This document shows, in pieces, positions 1-639 of a stretch of DNA of 639 nucleotides. Position numbers and translations under genes: made by a program. Below the pieces are notes generated by a model that worked only from the letters and a program-made list of their open reading frames with translations, was not told where the DNA came from and ran no database searches. How positions within the stretch are numbered: the first letter of the stretch is position 1; each line of letters opens with the position of its first letter. Source of the stretch: Escherichia coli (GTDB taxonomy: Bacteria; Pseudomonadota; Gammaproteobacteria; Enterobacterales; Enterobacteriaceae); the NCBI RefSeq assembly GCF_003334405.1, contig NZ_QOWM01000060.1; one strand, 5' to 3'.

Positions 1-639
1 GACCGAAAGGAGACTGCCACGCATAATTTCTTCAGCCCTTTCCATTCAAACGTGAAATCAATAAGTTCATCAGGGACATCGCAAACAATATGAAGACGGA
101 TTTCTTCTCTGCCGTGACTCTTTTCACTCATTGCGTAACTGTCATGCGCTGGATTATTTAATTCTTTCAGCGGAAATTTTTCCTCAAAGGCTTTATTTAG
201 CCGCCCCTGGTTTCCTTTTACCGCGAATAAATAATCACCTCCCTGTTTTTGTATCTTCTCTGCAATATCTTTCTGGCAACCCATCGCATCAGTTGTGATG
301 ATTTTTCCTTTAATATCCAGCATGTTAAGAAGTTCTGGGATAGCTGTAATCTCATTAGATTTCTCATCCGTCTTGATCTGTCCGATGACCAGACTGTGCA
401 TTGTTGAGAACGCACTAATGACATGAATCGCTCCCCTGCGGCGACTCTTGTCATAAGAGTGCCGGAGCGTTTTTCCATCAATTGCAATGACGTCTTTATC
501 ATCTGAAGAATGGCAGTCACGCATCCAGTTAATAAAGCACTCGTGAAATTTTGCAGGACTGATACAGGATACAACTCTGGCAATGGTATCGTGAACAGGA
601 ATACCATTTTCAAAATCACCATATTGCTTCAAAAAATCG
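1..639 (-). CDS. ISAs1-family (H-repeat-associated) DDE transposase, internal fragment, 5' and 3' partial; complete codons span 638..3 and both termini lie outside the window
   Basis: Seen in sequence: manual translation of the reverse complement gives 212 consecutive sense codons with no stop, from GAT (Asp) at 638..636 to CGG (Arg) at 5..3. The other two minus-strand frames are interrupted. The protein is not low-complexity and carries motifs I recognise from ISAs1/IS4-like transposases: IAIDGKTL (Asp at 477..479), ITTDAMG (Asp at 288..290) and AVKGNQ (207..218). From memory it closely resembles the E. coli H-repeat (H-rpt) protein group (YhhI/YdcC/YbfL/YbfD-like), but I cannot assign a specific paralog or confirm identity without a database search. 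Confidence 0.85.
1..639 (-). mobile_element. Interior of an ISAs1-family insertion sequence (H-rpt-like element); terminal inverted repeats and target-site duplications not in window
   Basis: Inferred from the transposase CDS filling the window. ISAs1-family elements are single-ORF insertion sequences, so the window necessarily sits inside the element. GC is about 42% by manual count (266 of 639), which is AT-rich compared with a typical enterobacterial chromosome and consistent with acquired mobile DNA. Confidence 0.7.

Noticed and set aside
218-622. 134-aa minus-strand ORF from the supplied track ([10 protein letters not shown]...), a possible overlapping or novel small protein
   Set aside because: It lies entirely inside, and out of frame with, a 212-codon open frame encoding a recognisable transposase. 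Its product is Arg/Ser/Leu-rich with no recognisable motifs, as expected from off-frame translation. No Shine-Dalgarno-like sequence precedes its ATG at 620..622 (the minus-strand sequence just upstream reads cgattttttgaagcaat). Best explained as a spurious alternate-frame ORF.
631-636. Homopolymer A6 (T6 on the coding strand), a possible slipped-strand or programmed-frameshift site
   Set aside because: The tract is only 6 nt, encodes Phe and the first base of Leu in frame within the transposase, and the frame continues uninterrupted. There is no evidence of frameshifting or phase variation.
1-639. Possible plus-strand gene or regulatory element (promoter, terminator) within the window
   Set aside because: The ORF track reports no plus-strand ORF, and plus-strand frame 1 hits a stop (TGA at 88..90) early. 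The window is entirely intragenic to the minus-strand transposase, and I found no convincing hairpin/poly-U terminator or promoter signal.
1-639. IS terminal inverted repeats, target-site duplications, or a CRISPR/repeat array
   Set aside because: No direct or inverted repeats of meaningful length are apparent. The IS ends are expected outside the window because the transposase gene runs off both edges.

Overview
The whole 639-bp window is the interior of a single minus-strand gene: an ISAs1-family (H-repeat-associated, IS4-like) DDE transposase, open at both ends. Reading the reverse complement in the frame whose complete codons occupy 638..3 gives 212 sense codons with no stop ([212 protein letters not shown]). 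The supplied ORF track missed this frame because it has neither start nor stop inside the window; the 134-aa ORF it reports (218..622, minus) is an out-of-frame overlap that I consider spurious. I see no sequence-level evidence for a novel or undescribed system here: this is an ordinary, apparently intact fragment of a known insertion-sequence transposase. The IS ends and genomic context lie outside the window.
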